A stretch of DNA of 64,000 bases from Holophagaceae bacterium. GTDB taxonomy: Bacteria; Acidobacteriota; Holophagae; Holophagales; Holophagaceae. The notes beneath the pieces were generated by a model. That model did no database searches. It saw only the letters and a list, made by a program, of their open reading frames with translations, and had not been told where the DNA came from. The stretch lies in contig DASTWQ010000073.1 in the NCBI GenBank assembly GCA_035758545.1, positions 7,274 to 71,273 on the forward strand, given 5' to 3'. Shown here in pieces: positions 40,757 to 52,649 of the stretch; positions within the stretch are counted from its first letter, which is position 1, and each line of letters opens with the position of its first letter. Position numbers and translations under genes: made by a program.

Positions 40757-41446
40757 ATGATCGACACCGTCCGCACCGTCGAGACGCCGGAGGGCATCGC
40801 CCTCGAGTTGCGCCCCGCGGGGCCCGTGCCCCGGGCCATGGCCTGGGCCCTGGACATGCTCATCCGCATCTCCATCTACCTGGCGGCGGGGATGGGGCTC
40901 GCCCTCCTGGGCGGAGCCGGCGGGGGGATCCTCCTGATCCTCGTCTTCCTCCTGGAGTGGTTCTACCCGGTGCTCTTCGAGGCGCTGTGGGAGGGCCGCA
41001 CCCCGGGCAAGCGGGCCCTGGGCCTGCAGGTGCTCATGGAGGACGGCCGCCCCGAGGGCTGGGGCCCGGCCATGCTGCGCAGCCTGCTCATGTTCGTGGA
41101 CTTCCTGCCGGCCCTCTACGGCGCGGGACTGGTCGCCATGCTCACGGGCCGGGAGGGCCGCCGCATCGGGGACCTGGCGGCGGGCACGGTGGTCGTCCAC
41201 GCCCCCCAGCCGCCGCCCCGCCAGCCGATCCTCGCTGGCGCCGCCCGGCCCATCCTGCCGCCGGCGCCCCTCAGCCTGGAGGAGCAGCGCGCCATCGCCG
41301 CCTTCGCGGAGCGGGCGCCGGGCCTCACGCCCGAGCGGGCCCAGGAACTGGCCGACCTGCTGGAGCCCCTCACCGGCATGACCGGAGCCGGCGGCGTGGC
41401 GCGGCTCCAGGCCATGGCGGCGGGCATCCGCGGGGAGCGGCCGTGA
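40757..41446 (+). CDS. RDD family membrane protein
   Basis: GPVPRAMAWALDMLIR ... GRTPGKRALGLQV, a typical RDD core. Confidence 0.8.
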   Translation: MIDTVRTVETPEGIALELRPAGPVPRAMAWALDMLIRISIYLAAGMGLALLGGAGGGILLILVFLLEWFYPVLFEALWEGRTPGKRALGLQVLMEDGRPEGWGPAMLRSLLMFVDFLPALYGAGLVAMLTGREGRRIGDLAAGTVVVHAPQPPPRQPILAGAARPILPPAPLSLEEQRAIAAFAERAPGLTPERAQELADLLEPLTGMTGAGGVARLQAMAAGIRGERP

Positions 41447-42420
41447 AGCAGCAGGCCTTCGAAGCGCTCCATCAGACCTCCTGGGAGGCCTTCGAGGCCC
41501 TGCTGCGGGATGGGCAGGGTCCGGCCGCGCCCTCGGACGCGGACCTGAAGGAGCTGCCCCGGCGCTACCGGCTGGTCTGCCACCACCTCGCCCTGGCCCG
41601 GGAGCGCGGCTACGCGGCGGGGCTGGTGGACCGTCTCAACGGCCTGGCGCTCCGGGGCCATCAGCGCCTCTACGGCGTGCGCCAGGGCGCCCTCTCCGGC
41701 GCGCTCCGGTTCTTCACGCAGTTCCCCCGGACGGTGCGGAAGCGGTGGCGCGCCATGGCCCTCGCGGCCCTGGTCTTCTACGGGCCCGCCGTCGCCCTCA
41801 CCTTCGGCGCCAAGGCCAACCCGGAGATCGCCTACCTCATCGAGGACCCGGTCTCCCTGGCCTCCATGGAGTCCATGTACCAGTCGGACCACAAGGCCTT
41901 CGGCCGCTCCGGGGAGTCGGACACGGACGTGCAGATGTTCGGCTTCTACATCTGGAACAACATCCGCATCAACTTCCAGGTCTTCGCGTCGGGGCTGCTG
42001 GCGGGCCTGGGCTCCCTCTTCTTCCTCTTCTGGAACGGCGCCCACGGCGGCGCGGTGGCGGGCTACCTCACCCACCAGGGGCTCGGGCGGAACTTCTGGT
42101 CCTTCGTGGCGACCCATTCGGCCCTGGAGCTCACCTCCCTGGTGATCGCCGGCGGCGCGGGCCTGCTGCTGGGGCAGGCCCTGCTGTTCCCCGGCCGCCG
42201 CAGCCGGTCCCAGGCCCTCCGGCGCGCCGCGAAGGAGGGCCTCATCCTCGCCATGGGCTCGGCGCTCATGGACGTCGGCGCGGCGGGCATCGAGGCCTTC
42301 TGGTCCTCCAGCGCCCTCATCCCCGTGGCGGTGAAGCTCTCCGCGGCGGGGGGCCTCTGGACCCTCGTGCTGGGCTACTTCGCCCTGGCCGGCCGGGGAA
42401 GGCGGGACGCGGATGCTTGA
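41443..42420 (+). CDS. SpoIIM-like (DUF95) integral membrane protein
   Basis: GTG start overlapping the upstream stop (GTGA). NNIRINFQVFASGLLAGLGSLFFLFWNG and HSALELTSLVIAG motifs. Confidence 0.7.
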   Translation: MKQQAFEALHQTSWEAFEALLRDGQGPAAPSDADLKELPRRYRLVCHHLALARERGYAAGLVDRLNGLALRGHQRLYGVRQGALSGALRFFTQFPRTVRKRWRAMALAALVFYGPAVALTFGAKANPEIAYLIEDPVSLASMESMYQSDHKAFGRSGESDTDVQMFGFYIWNNIRINFQVFASGLLAGLGSLFFLFWNGAHGGAVAGYLTHQGLGRNFWSFVATHSALELTSLVIAGGAGLLLGQALLFPGRRSRSQALRRAAKEGLILAMGSALMDVGAAGIEAFWSSSALIPVAVKLSAAGGLWTLVLGYFALAGRGRRDADA

Positions 42421-43891
42421 GCGCCTCCAGCTCCGCCTGCGCCCCCGTCGGGCCTGGGAGGCCGTGGATTCGGGCTTCGCGCTCCTGCGGGCCCATGGCC
42501 GTTCCATCTACGCGGCCTGGCTGGCGGGCCTCCTCCCGGTCTCCGCGGCGCTCTTCGCCTGCTTCTGGGACCGGGCCTGGATCGCGATGCTGCTGGTCTG
42601 GTGGCTGAAGCCCCTCTTCGATCGCCTGGCCCTCCACGCCCTGGCCAAGGCCACCTTCGGGGAGCGGGCCACCCTCCGGTCCCTGCCGGGCGCCCTCGGG
42701 TCCGTCTACCGCCGCGGCGCCGTCGCGGGCCTGCTGTGGCGGCGCTTCAGCCCCAACCGGGCCTTCACCCTGCCGGTCTGGCAGCTGGAAGGGCAGGGCG
42801 GGGCGGGCTACCGTCGCCGGGCGCCGGTGCTCCTGCGCCGCGTCCATGGACCCTCCCTCCTCTTCACCGCCGTCTGCTTCGTGCTCACCCTCACCCTCGC
42901 CATCGCCCTCGGGCTGGGGATCCTCTACCTGGTGCCGGACGGCCTCCTGGACACCGCGGCGCCCCGGCTCTTCAACGGCGGGGATCAGCCCGGGCCCCTG
43001 TTCTACCTGATGCCGATCCTGGCCACGGCGATCCTGGAACCCTTCTATGTGGCCGGCGGATTCGGGCTCTACCTGAACCGGCGGGTGCAGCTGGAGGCCT
43101 GGGACCTGGATCTGGCCTTCCGCCAGCTGGGCCGGCGGCTGCTCACGGGCGCGGGCCGCGGTGCGGCGGTCCTCGCCCTGGCGGCGGGCCTGCTCGCCGG
43201 CGGGGTGCTCCGGGCGGCGGTCCCCGGGGGGGTCGCGGAAGCGCCGGCTCCGCAGGCCCAGGCTCCGAAGCCCCTGGTCCCGAAGGCTGAGCTGAAGGAG
43301 GTCCTGAAGGCGCCGGAATTCCAGACCTGGTCCGAGGAACGCACCTGGCACTGGAAGTTCTCGGGTCCGAAGGTGAACGCCCAGCCCCGGTTCCAGATGC
43401 CGGAAGGCCTGCTGCGGGCCCTGGGCCTCATCCTGAAGGGCTTCATCATCCTCCTCGTCCTGGCGGGCGTGGGGTGGTTCCTCTGGCGCTTCGTCGGCGC
43501 CCGCCGCTTCGGGCTGGACCGGGACCAGGACGGCGCGCCGGCACCGGACCAGCTCTTCGGCCTGGACATCCGCCCCGGCGCCCTCCCCAAGGACGTGGCG
43601 GCGGCGGCCCTGGCGCTCTGGCGGGCCGGCGACGCCCGCGGCAGCCTCAGCCTGCTCTACCGCGGCGCCCTCGCGCGGCTGGTGCACGAGCGCGGGCTGG
43701 ACCTGCCGCCGGGCGCCACGGAGGGGGACTGCCTCCGCCGCTCCGGCGAGGTGCTCGCCCCGCCGGCGGGAGCCTATTTCCGGGTCCTCACCCTCAGCTG
43801 GCAGGCCCTGGCCTACGCCCACCGGGATCCGTCCGATGGCGAGGGACTCTGCCGTGACTGGACGGTGCACTTCGGTGGTGGCCGTGGCTAG
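42413..43891 (+). CDS. membrane protein with C-terminal DUF4129-like domain
   Basis: Multi-TM N-terminal half. C-terminal LSLLYRGALARLVHERGLDLPPGATEGDCLRR resembles DUF4129. 8-nt overlap with the upstream gene. Confidence 0.65.
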   Translation: MLERLQLRLRPRRAWEAVDSGFALLRAHGRSIYAAWLAGLLPVSAALFACFWDRAWIAMLLVWWLKPLFDRLALHALAKATFGERATLRSLPGALGSVYRRGAVAGLLWRRFSPNRAFTLPVWQLEGQGGAGYRRRAPVLLRRVHGPSLLFTAVCFVLTLTLAIALGLGILYLVPDGLLDTAAPRLFNGGDQPGPLFYLMPILATAILEPFYVAGGFGLYLNRRVQLEAWDLDLAFRQLGRRLLTGAGRGAAVLALAAGLLAGGVLRAAVPGGVAEAPAPQAQAPKPLVPKAELKEVLKAPEFQTWSEERTWHWKFSGPKVNAQPRFQMPEGLLRALGLILKGFIILLVLAGVGWFLWRFVGARRFGLDRDQDGAPAPDQLFGLDIRPGALPKDVAAAALALWRAGDARGSLSLLYRGALARLVHERGLDLPPGATEGDCLRRSGEVLAPPAGAYFRVLTLSWQALAYAHRDPSDGEGLCRDWTVHFGGGRG

Positions 43892-43913
43892 CCGCGCCCG
43901 CGGCGCGGACCGG

Positions 43914-45082
43914 ATGCGCATCCTGGGGCTCCTGCTGCTGGGGCTCGTGACCCTCGGGACGGTGACCTGGTTCGTGGCCCGCAACCTGGAGGTGAGGCAG
44001 GAGCGGGTCTGGGAGGGCTACCACGGCGAGGCCCGCACGAACGACTTCCTGGCGGCGGTCCGCCTCCTCGGCCGCCTGGGCCGGGAGACCCATGCGGTGC
44101 GGGGCGTGCCGCTGCCGAAGACCCTCGGCCCCCGGGACGCCCTGATCCTGCCGGCGCGGCATCTGCGGATGACCCCGGGGCAGGTGGCCGACCTGCGGGC
44201 CTGGGTGTCCGGCGGCGGCCTGCTGGTGGCCGAGGGCACCTTCGCCGAGGACCCCGATTCGGACCGGGTGAACGATCCCCTCTTCGAGGCCTTCGGCGTC
44301 CGGCTGGTGAAGAACGGCCTGGAGACGCCCAAGCTCTCCGAGGGCGAGGACTACGAGGCCTGGAAGACGCGCGTGAAGGCCTTCGAGCGCGGCCACGGCG
44401 TCGTGGAAGTGGATCTCAACGGGACCGCCAACCAGGTGGATCTCGGAGCCTACGACCGGCTGGCCTATGAGGGGTCCGAAGCGGACCTCGGCGCCGGCGG
44501 GAAGATGCTCTTCCTCCGGGAGGGCGAGGGCTCGGTCTTCCTCTTCACCCACCTCGACGCCCTTCGCAACAGCCAGATCGGGCAGGAGGACCACGCGGAC
44601 TTCCTCGCAGCCCTGGTGAGCCGCCGGCCGCCGGGCGCGAAGGCCTGGCTGGTCTACGAGGAGGAGCCGCCCTCCCTCGTGGCCTGGCTCCGGGCCAATG
44701 CGTGGATGGTGTTGGCCTCGCTGGGCCTGCTGACGGTCCTGTTCCTGTGGCGGGGCCTGAGGCGCCTGGGCCCCCGGCTCCCGGATCCGGCCCTCGACCG
44801 CCGCAGCCTGGTGGAGCACCTGGCCGCCGCCGGCCGCTTCCAGTGGAGCCTCCGGGAGGGCGAGGCCCTCCTGGCCGCGGCCCAGGCCGCCCTGGCGGCC
44901 CGGCTCCGGGCCGCGCACCCGGCCCTCGCCGCGCTTCCCCCCGACCGCCAGGTGGCGGCGCTGGCGGAGCGCAGCGGACTCTCTGAGGCCCAGGTCTTCC
45001 ACGCCCTCCGCTACGGCCGCCACGCCGACGCCCGCGATTTCACCGACGCCCTCCACACGCTCGAACGCCTGAGGACCCACCT

Positions 45083-45086
<4 letters not shown>
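43914..45086 (+). CDS. DUF4350-like membrane-anchored protein
   Basis: MRILGLLLLGLVTLGTVTWFV is an N-terminal anchor, with a second TM near the C-terminus (WMVLASLGLLTVLFLW). Sits immediately upstream of MoxR. Confidence 0.6.
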
Positions 45087-46062
<976 letters not shown>

Positions 46063-46066
<4 letters not shown>

Positions 46067-47397
46067 CGGTCCGCGGCGAAGGGCAGGGCCGGGTGACCCC
46101 CGGGTGGCCGCTGCTGGCGGCGGCCCTGGGCTGGGCCCTGCTCGCCCTGGTGGCGGCCTTCCTGCCCCGGCTGCTTCCGGCCTGGCGCCTGGCGGGCTGG
46201 ATCCTGCTGGGCGCGGCCTTCCTGGACCTGGCGGCGGTGCTCGGCATCCGGCGCCTGGAGCTGGAGCGGCGGGCCCCCTTCATCCTGCCCAACGGCGCGC
46301 CCACGCCGGTGCGGCTGCGGATCCGCAACGCCCATCCCTTCCCGGTGACGCTCACGCTCCACGACGGCCACCCCGGCGGCATGGAGGCCCGGGGCCTGCC
46401 CTGCCGGCTCCGGGTGCCCGCCCGGGGCTGGGCGGAGCACACCTACCGCCTGCGGCCTGCGGGCCGCGGCGCCTTCGCCTTCGGGCCCGCGGACCTGCTC
46501 GTGCGCTCGCCCTTGGGGCTCTTCGAGCGGGCCCTGCGCCGCGGGCCCTCCCAGCCCTTCCGGGTCTACCCCGATTTCGCCGCCGTGCGGAAATACGCCC
46601 TCATGGCCACCCGGGGCCGCCTCGCCCAGCTGGGCGTCCACCGCAAGCGCCGCCGGGGCGAGGGCATGGAGTTCCACCAGCTCCGGGAGTACCGCCAGGG
46701 GGACGCCCTGCGCCAGATCGACTGGAAGGCCAGCGCCCGGGTCCGCAAGCTCATCAGCCGCGACTACCAGGACGAGCGGGACCAGCGGATCCTCTTCCTC
46801 CTGGACTGCGGGCGCCGCATGCGGGCCCTGGACGTCGGGCTCTCCCACTTCGACCACACCCTGAACGCGCTGCTGCTGCTCTCCTACGTGGCGCTGCGGG
46901 AGGGCGACGCCGTGGGCCTGCTCACCTTCTCCGGCCCCGCCCGCTGGCTCCCGCCCATGAAGGGGCCCCAGGTGCTGGACCGCATCATGGAGCTGGTGCA
47001 CGACCTGGAGCCCGAGCCCCGGGCCACGGACTACCTCGCCGCCGCGGAGGCCCTGGTGGCGCGCTTCCCCAAGCGCGCCCTGGTGGTGCTGGTGACCAAC
47101 CTGCGGGATGAGGACGACGACACCCTGCGCCCGGCCATGGCGCTCCTGCGGCGGCGGCACCGGGTGCTGCTGGCCAGCCTCCGGGAGCGGGCCCTGGACG
47201 AGGTGCTGTCGGCGCCGGTGCAGGGCTTCGACCAGGCCCTCCTGCACGGCGCCGCCCACCAGTTCCTGGCGGACCGGAAGGCCGCCCTGGACCGCCTGGC
47301 GGCCCTCGGCACCCCGGCCTTGGACCTGCTGCCGGAGCAGCTGCCCCTGGCCCTCGTGAACCGCTACCTGGCCCTCAAGCGCGGCGGGGAGCTCTAG
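46063..47397 (+). CDS. DUF58 (vWA-like) protein
   Basis: N-terminal 2 TM, GEGMEFHQLREYRQGDALRQIDWKASAR, and LLDCGRRM. Confidence 0.88.
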
Positions 47398-47460
47398 CGG
47401 CGCCTGAAGCCTGGAGCCGGGGCCCCCCGCCCGCTAGAATCGAAGTTTTACGCGGGTTCC

Positions 47461-48387
47461 ATGCAGATCCAGGATCTCATCCTCCGGCTCCAGCGCTTCT
47501 GGGCGGACCAGGGCTGCCTGGTCGGCCAGCCCTACGACCTCGAGAAGGGCGCGGGCACCATGAACCCGCTGACCTTCTTCGGCGCTCTGGGGCCGAAGCC
47601 CTGGAACGTCGCCTACGTGGAGCCCAGCCGCCGCCCGGCGGACGGCCGCTACGGCGAGAACCCCTTCCGCGTCTACAAGCACCTGCAGTTCCAGGTGATC
47701 CTCAAGCCTTCCCCCGCCAAGGTGCAGGAGCTCTACATCCAGAGTCTGGAAGCCCTCGGGATTGATCTCTCCGTCCACGACCTCCGCTTCGAGGAGGACA
47801 ACTGGGAGAGCCCGACCCTGGGCGCCTGGGGCGTGGGCTGGCAGGTGGTGCTGGACGGCATGGAGATCAGCCAGTTCACCTACTTCCAGCAGGTGGGCGG
47901 CCTCGACTGCCGGCCCGTCTCCGCCGAGCTGACCTACGGCATCGAGCGCATCTGCATGTTCCTGGGCGGCCACGACAACATCTTCGACCTGCCCTACGGC
48001 ACCGTGCGCACCGACGAGGGCGAGCACACCGTCACCTACGGCCAGATGCGCCAGCGGGAGGAGTTCGAGCTGAGCGCCTACAGCTTCGAGCACGCCGACC
48101 TGGACCTGCACCGCACCCTCTTCGAGGCCTACGAGGCCGAAGGGAAGAAGCTCCTCGCCCTGGGCCACTTCCGCAGCGCCTACGAGCAGGCCCTCAAGAT
48201 GAGCCACACCTTCAATGTCCTGGACGCCCGGGGCGCCGTGAGCACCACCGAGCGGCCCGGCATCATCAAGCGCGTGCGGGACCTCGCCTGCGCCTGCGCG
48301 CGGGCATATGTGGAGCGGGAACATCAATCCGGCGATTCCGGCGATGCCAGCGATTCAAAAACCACGCAGGGCGGAGGTGCGAAATGA
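47461..48387 (+). CDS. glyQ: glycine--tRNA ligase alpha subunit
   Basis: [36 protein letters not shown], and FNVLDARGA. Has an unusual low-complexity C-terminal tail, [10 protein letters not shown]. Confidence 0.95.
   Translation: MQIQDLILRLQRFWADQGCLVGQPYDLEKGAGTMNPLTFFGALGPKPWNVAYVEPSRRPADGRYGENPFRVYKHLQFQVILKPSPAKVQELYIQSLEALGIDLSVHDLRFEEDNWESPTLGAWGVGWQVVLDGMEISQFTYFQQVGGLDCRPVSAELTYGIERICMFLGGHDNIFDLPYGTVRTDEGEHTVTYGQMRQREEFELSAYSFEHADLDLHRTLFEAYEAEGKKLLALGHFRSAYEQALKMSHTFNVLDARGAVSTTERPGIIKRVRDLACACARAYVEREHQSGDSGDASDSKTTQGGGAK
48328..48354. repeat. 9-bp tandem repeat (3 units) inside the glyQ 3' end
   Basis: TCCGGCGAT TCCGGCGAT GCCAGCGAT. Confidence 0.8.
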
Positions 48388-50435
48388 GCGGGACCCGCAC
48401 CTTCCTGCTGGAGCTGCACTGCGAGGAGATCCCGGCGCGGTTCCTGGGTCCCCTCAGCGATGAGTTCGCGACGGCCCTGGCGGGCGTCTTCGGAGACTTG
48501 GAGATCTCCAAGGCCTACTCCCCGCGCAAGCTGTCCTGGTCCTGCGCGCTGCCGGAGATGCAGGCGGATCAGACGGAGACCCAGGTCGGCCCGCCCCAGC
48601 GCATGTGCGTGGGGGAGGATGGCCAGCCGACCATGCAGGGGCTGAAGTTCGCGGAGAAGTGGGGCGTGAGCTTCGACGCCGTGCGCTTCGAGCAGCCGGC
48701 GGGCAAGAAGGAGCCCTGCGCGGTGGTGACGGTCACCCGCAAGGGCCGGCCCACGAAGGAGCTGCTGGCGGAGGCCCTGCCGGGCCTCATCGCGGGGCTC
48801 CATGTGCCCAAGGCCATGCGCTGGGGATCCTCGGCCTTCGAGTTCGTGCGGCCCATCCGCAGCGTCCTCTGCCTCTTCGGCGAGGAGGTCGTGGACTTCA
48901 CCGTGGACGGCGTCCGCTCCGGGAACACCACCTGGGGCCATCGCCTCTACCACCGCCAGAATCCGGAGCCCCTGGTCTTGGCGCGGCCCGAGGACTACGA
49001 GGCGGTGCTGGCGAAGGCCGGCGTCGTCGTCTCCTTCGCTGAGCGCAAGGTCGCGCTCGCCCAGCAGCTGGACCAGCTGGCGGCCGAGGTCCAGGGCCGG
49101 GTGGTGGCCGATGACCACCTGCTGGACACCCTCGCGGAGATCGTCGAGGTGCCGAAGATCGTCCGCGGCGACTTCCCCCGGGATTTCCTGGAGCTGCCCA
49201 AGGAGGTACTGGTCACCAGCCTGAAGGAGCACCAGAAGGCCTTCTGCGTGGAGGACGCCGAGGGGAACCTGCTCCCTCACTTCCTCACCGCCGCCAACCG
49301 CGCCGACGACCCCAAGGGATTCGTCAAGGCCGGCAACGAGTGGGTGCTGAAGGCCCGGCTCTATGACGCCCGCTTCTTCTTCGCCGAGGACCGGAAGCAC
49401 CCCCTGGAGAGCCGCCTCGTGGCGCTGAAGCAGCTCACCTTCCAGCGGGAGCTGGGCAGCTACTTCGACAAGACCGAGCGGGTCGAGATGCTCATGCAGC
49501 GCCTCGCCCGGGAGCTGGGGCTGGATGAGGCCCAGGCCATGATGGCCGCCCGACTCGCCAAGGCGGACCTGCGCACCTTGATGGTGGGCGAGTTCCCGGA
49601 GCTGCAGGGTGTCATGGGCGGCGAGTACCTGAAGCACGAGGGCGCCCCCGCCCCCGTGTGGAAGGCCGTCAAGGAGCACTACCGCCCCGCCGGCGCCGAC
49701 GACGCGCTGCCGGAGACGGAGCTGGGCGCCCTCCTCTCCATCGCCGACAAGCTGGACACCGTCGCCGGCTGCTTCAGCATCGGCCTCATCCCCAGCGGCT
49801 CCAAGGATCCCCTCGCCCTGCGCCGCGCGGGCCAGGGCATCGTGCGGATCCTGTGGGAGCGGGGCTGGGCGTCGGTGAGCCTGGACCTGGTGCTCGACCT
49901 GGCCGCCGCCGGGAAGACGCTTCAGGATCCCGCGGCCTTCCGCGACAGCCTCGCGTCCTTCTTCCAGGACCGCGTCGCCTACCAGTTGGAGCAGGCGGGC
50001 TATGCCGGCGCCGTACGCCGGGCCGCCCTGGCGGCGGGTTGGGCCGACCTGCGGGATCTGAAGGCCCGCTGCGAGGCCCTCTCCGCCTTCGCGGAGGACC
50101 CCCGCTTCGCCAGCCTCGCCCAGAGCGCCAAGCGCATCGCCAACATCCTCAAGGACGAGGCGCCCGCCGAGGCCTTCGACATGGACCTGGACTACATGAC
50201 CAATGAGGAGCGGATGCTGGTGCAGGACATCCGCGAGCTGAATCCGACCCAGCTGCCCTGGTCCTACCCTGAGCTCTTGGAGCGACTCGCCGCGCTCTCG
50301 CCGGTCCTCGAAACCTACTTCGAGAAGGTCATGGTGAAAGATCCGGATCCCAAGATCAGGAGCAACCGCCTCGCCTACCTCCACAAGCTCCGCCAGACCT
50401 TCCTGCGCGTGGCCGACTTCTCACAGTGGCAATGA
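48384..50435 (+). CDS. glyS: glycine--tRNA ligase beta subunit
   Basis: 683 aa with [13 protein letters not shown] and [17 protein letters not shown] overlap with glyQ. Confidence 0.93.
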   Translation: MSGTRTFLLELHCEEIPARFLGPLSDEFATALAGVFGDLEISKAYSPRKLSWSCALPEMQADQTETQVGPPQRMCVGEDGQPTMQGLKFAEKWGVSFDAVRFEQPAGKKEPCAVVTVTRKGRPTKELLAEALPGLIAGLHVPKAMRWGSSAFEFVRPIRSVLCLFGEEVVDFTVDGVRSGNTTWGHRLYHRQNPEPLVLARPEDYEAVLAKAGVVVSFAERKVALAQQLDQLAAEVQGRVVADDHLLDTLAEIVEVPKIVRGDFPRDFLELPKEVLVTSLKEHQKAFCVEDAEGNLLPHFLTAANRADDPKGFVKAGNEWVLKARLYDARFFFAEDRKHPLESRLVALKQLTFQRELGSYFDKTERVEMLMQRLARELGLDEAQAMMAARLAKADLRTLMVGEFPELQGVMGGEYLKHEGAPAPVWKAVKEHYRPAGADDALPETELGALLSIADKLDTVAGCFSIGLIPSGSKDPLALRRAGQGIVRILWERGWASVSLDLVLDLAAAGKTLQDPAAFRDSLASFFQDRVAYQLEQAGYAGAVRRAALAAGWADLRDLKARCEALSAFAEDPRFASLAQSAKRIANILKDEAPAEAFDMDLDYMTNEERMLVQDIRELNPTQLPWSYPELLERLAALSPVLETYFEKVMVKDPDPKIRSNRLAYLHKLRQTFLRVADFSQWQ

Positions 50436-50448
50436 GCCATTGAAATCC

Positions 50449-50473
50449 CCGGAATCGCCGGAATCGCCGGATA
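50449..50473. repeat. 9-bp tandem repeat (2.7 units) downstream of glyS
   Basis: CCGGAATCG CCGGAATCG CCGGATA, followed by a T6 run at 50480-50485. It is the reverse complement of the glyQ 3'-end repeat. Confidence 0.8.
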
Positions 50474-50494
50474 CCTTGGTTTTTTGAGGCCCCC

Positions 50495-52024
50495 ATGCAC
50501 CATGAGCGCATCGCCATCCTGGACTACGGCAGCCAGTACACCCGGCTGATCACGCGGCGGCTGCGGGAGCTGGGCGCCTTCGGCCTGGTCTACGGCTCCG
50601 GCGCCACGGCGGCGGAGATCGCCGGGCCTGACCTGAAGGGCGTCATCCTCAGCGGCGGGCCCATGTCCGTGCTGGAGGACGGCGCGCCGGGGCTGGATCC
50701 GAAGATCCTGGAGCTGGGCGTGCCCATCCTCGGCGTCTGCTACGGACAGCAGCTCCTGGCCCGGGATCTGGGGGGCCAGATCCACCGCTCCAGCAGCCGG
50801 GAGTATGGCAAGTCGGAGATCACCGCCACGCCCGAGGATTCGCTCCTCTTCAGCGGGCTGCCCCACCAGCAGGTGGTCTGGATGAGCCACGGCGACCACG
50901 TGGAGGCCGCGCCCGCAGGCTTCAAGGTGACGGCGCGGACGCCGACGGTGCCCGTGGCGGCCATGGAGGATCCCTCCCGGGGCCTCTACGCCATCCAGTT
51001 CCACCCCGAGGTGACCCACACGGCCCAGGGCACGCCCCTGCTGCTGAACTTCCTCAAGGCCTGCGGCATGGCCCTTGACTGGAACGCAGGCAACTTCATC
51101 GAGGAGAAGGTGACCGCGATCCGCGAGCAGGTCGGGACCGGCAAGGTGGTGCTCGGCCTCAGCGGCGGCGTGGATTCCAGCGTGGCGGCCCTGCTGCTGC
51201 ACAAGGCCATCGGCGACCAGCTCACCTGCGTCTTCGTGGACCACGGCCTGCTCCGCAAGGACGAGATGACGCAGGTCCAGACGATGTTCGCCCCCTTCGA
51301 GCTGAAGGTGAACTGGGTGGACGCCTCCGCCGAGTTCCTGGACGCCCTGAAGGACGTCACGGACCCGGAGCAGAAGCGCAAGATCATCGGCGGGAAGTTC
51401 ATCGAGGTCTTCGAGCGCGAGGCGAAGAAGGTCGACGCGGACTTCCTGGGCCAGGGCACCACCTACCCGGACGTCATCGAGTCCAGCGGCATCGGCGGCG
51501 CCATCCTCGTGAAGTCCCACCACAACGTGGGCGGACTGCCGGAGCGCATGAAGCTGAAGCTCGTGGAGCCCCTGCGGGAGCTGTTCAAGGACGAGGTCCG
51601 GGCCACGGGCCTGGCCCTCGGCCTGCCGGAGGAGATGAACCAGCGGCACCCCTTCCCGGGCCCCGGCCTCGCCGTGCGCCTGCCGGGCGCCATCACCCGC
51701 GAGCGGGTGACGGTGCTCCAGAACGCCGACGCCATCTTCATCCAGGAGCTGAAGCAGAGCGGCTGGTACGGGAAGACGAGCCAGGCCTTCGCGGTGCTGC
51801 TGCCGGTCCAGACCGTGGGCATCATGGGCGACGAGCGCACCTTCGAGTGGATGTGCGCCATCCGCGCCGTGACGAGCGAGGACTTCATGACCGCGGACTG
51901 GGCGCGCCTGCCCCACGAGCTGCTGGACAAGATCGCCCAGCGCATCGTCCGCGAGGTGAAGGGCATCAACCGCGTCGTCTTCGACATCACCTCGAAGCCC
52001 CCCGCGACCATCGAGTACGAATGA
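50495..52024 (+). CDS. guaA: GMP synthase (glutamine-hydrolysing)
   Basis: ILDYGSQYT, GVCYGQQ, LSGGVDSSV, and the C-terminal PPATIEYE. Confidence 0.97.
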   Translation: MHHERIAILDYGSQYTRLITRRLRELGAFGLVYGSGATAAEIAGPDLKGVILSGGPMSVLEDGAPGLDPKILELGVPILGVCYGQQLLARDLGGQIHRSSSREYGKSEITATPEDSLLFSGLPHQQVVWMSHGDHVEAAPAGFKVTARTPTVPVAAMEDPSRGLYAIQFHPEVTHTAQGTPLLLNFLKACGMALDWNAGNFIEEKVTAIREQVGTGKVVLGLSGGVDSSVAALLLHKAIGDQLTCVFVDHGLLRKDEMTQVQTMFAPFELKVNWVDASAEFLDALKDVTDPEQKRKIIGGKFIEVFEREAKKVDADFLGQGTTYPDVIESSGIGGAILVKSHHNVGGLPERMKLKLVEPLRELFKDEVRATGLALGLPEEMNQRHPFPGPGLAVRLPGAITRERVTVLQNADAIFIQELKQSGWYGKTSQAFAVLLPVQTVGIMGDERTFEWMCAIRAVTSEDFMTADWARLPHELLDKIAQRIVREVKGINRVVFDITSKPPATIEYE

Positions 52025-52110
52025 GGTGCGAGGCGGCGAGGTGGTGAGGCCTGAAGGCACCACGATCATCCCGCCTCCGGACCTCGCCACCTCATGCCTC
52101 GGGACCTCAC
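52023..52110. repeat. REP-like imperfect palindromic intergenic element, copy 2
   Basis: GAGGTGCGAGGCGGCGAGGTGGTGAGGC - 32-nt loop - CCTCGCCACCTCATGCCTCGGGACCTCAC, with a 12-bp stem (52038-52049 paired to 52082-52093). Confidence 0.45.
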
Positions 52111-52557
52111 ATGGCCAAGCGACCTGAACCCGTCCGCAAGTCCGTCAAGGACGTCTTCGACGACCTCCTGGCGGGGCACCGGGAGGCCTCCTTCTCCGGG
52201 CCGGAATCGGCGCTGAAGTACCTGGACCGCACCTTCGGGAGCCAGGGCAGCCTGCCCAACGGCGTGAAGTGCCTGGCCTACAGCCTCATGGCCGAGGCCT
52301 GCGCCGAGCTCTCCCGCTGGGAGCGGGCCGCGGAGGCCGCGGACAAGGCCCTGGCCCTGCTGCCGGAGCTGGAGGCGGCCACGGGCCACGGCTACCGGGC
52401 CGCCCTGGAGGGCCTGGCGGCCTTCGAGCGGGGCATCCAGGCCCACTCGGAGCTGGGCCAGTTCGACCGGGCCCTGGCCATCTGCGACCAGGCCGTGGCC
52501 CTGGGCCTCGGCGCCCACTACGAGGCCAAGCGGGACAGCCTGGACTGGGCGCGCTGA
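52111..52557 (+). CDS. hypothetical helical (TPR-like) protein
   Basis: 148-aa ORF at native GC with Ala/Leu-rich helical repeats. No family recognised. Confidence 0.5.
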   Translation: MAKRPEPVRKSVKDVFDDLLAGHREASFSGPESALKYLDRTFGSQGSLPNGVKCLAYSLMAEACAELSRWERAAEAADKALALLPELEAATGHGYRAALEGLAAFERGIQAHSELGQFDRALAICDQAVALGLGAHYEAKRDSLDWAR

Positions 52558-52649
52558 GGCTCAAGCCGGGCCTGAGGTCGGACGATAGGTACCCGGAAGG
52601 CCCCCCGGCCGGGCTTTGCCGTATCCTGTCCCTCACCGCTGGAGCCTTC

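Noticed and set aside
43836-43913. The upstream ORF start for the DUF4350-like gene.
   Set aside because: It would add 26 non-hydrophobic residues overlapping the previous gene by 56 nt. The ATG at 43914 begins directly with a membrane anchor.
47398-47460. Possible T-box or other leader upstream of glyQS.
   Set aside because: The intergenic region is only 63 nt, with no specifier or terminator-antiterminator-like helices.
48328-48354. Tandem 9-mers as a CRISPR or minisatellite array.
   Set aside because: There are only about 3 units with no spacers. No CRISPR-like repeat-spacer structure exists anywhere in the window.
48328-50473. The inverted repeats flanking glyS interpreted as IS/transposon terminal repeats.
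   Set aside because: The enclosed gene is the essential glyS, translationally coupled to glyQ. There is no transposase and no target-site duplication.
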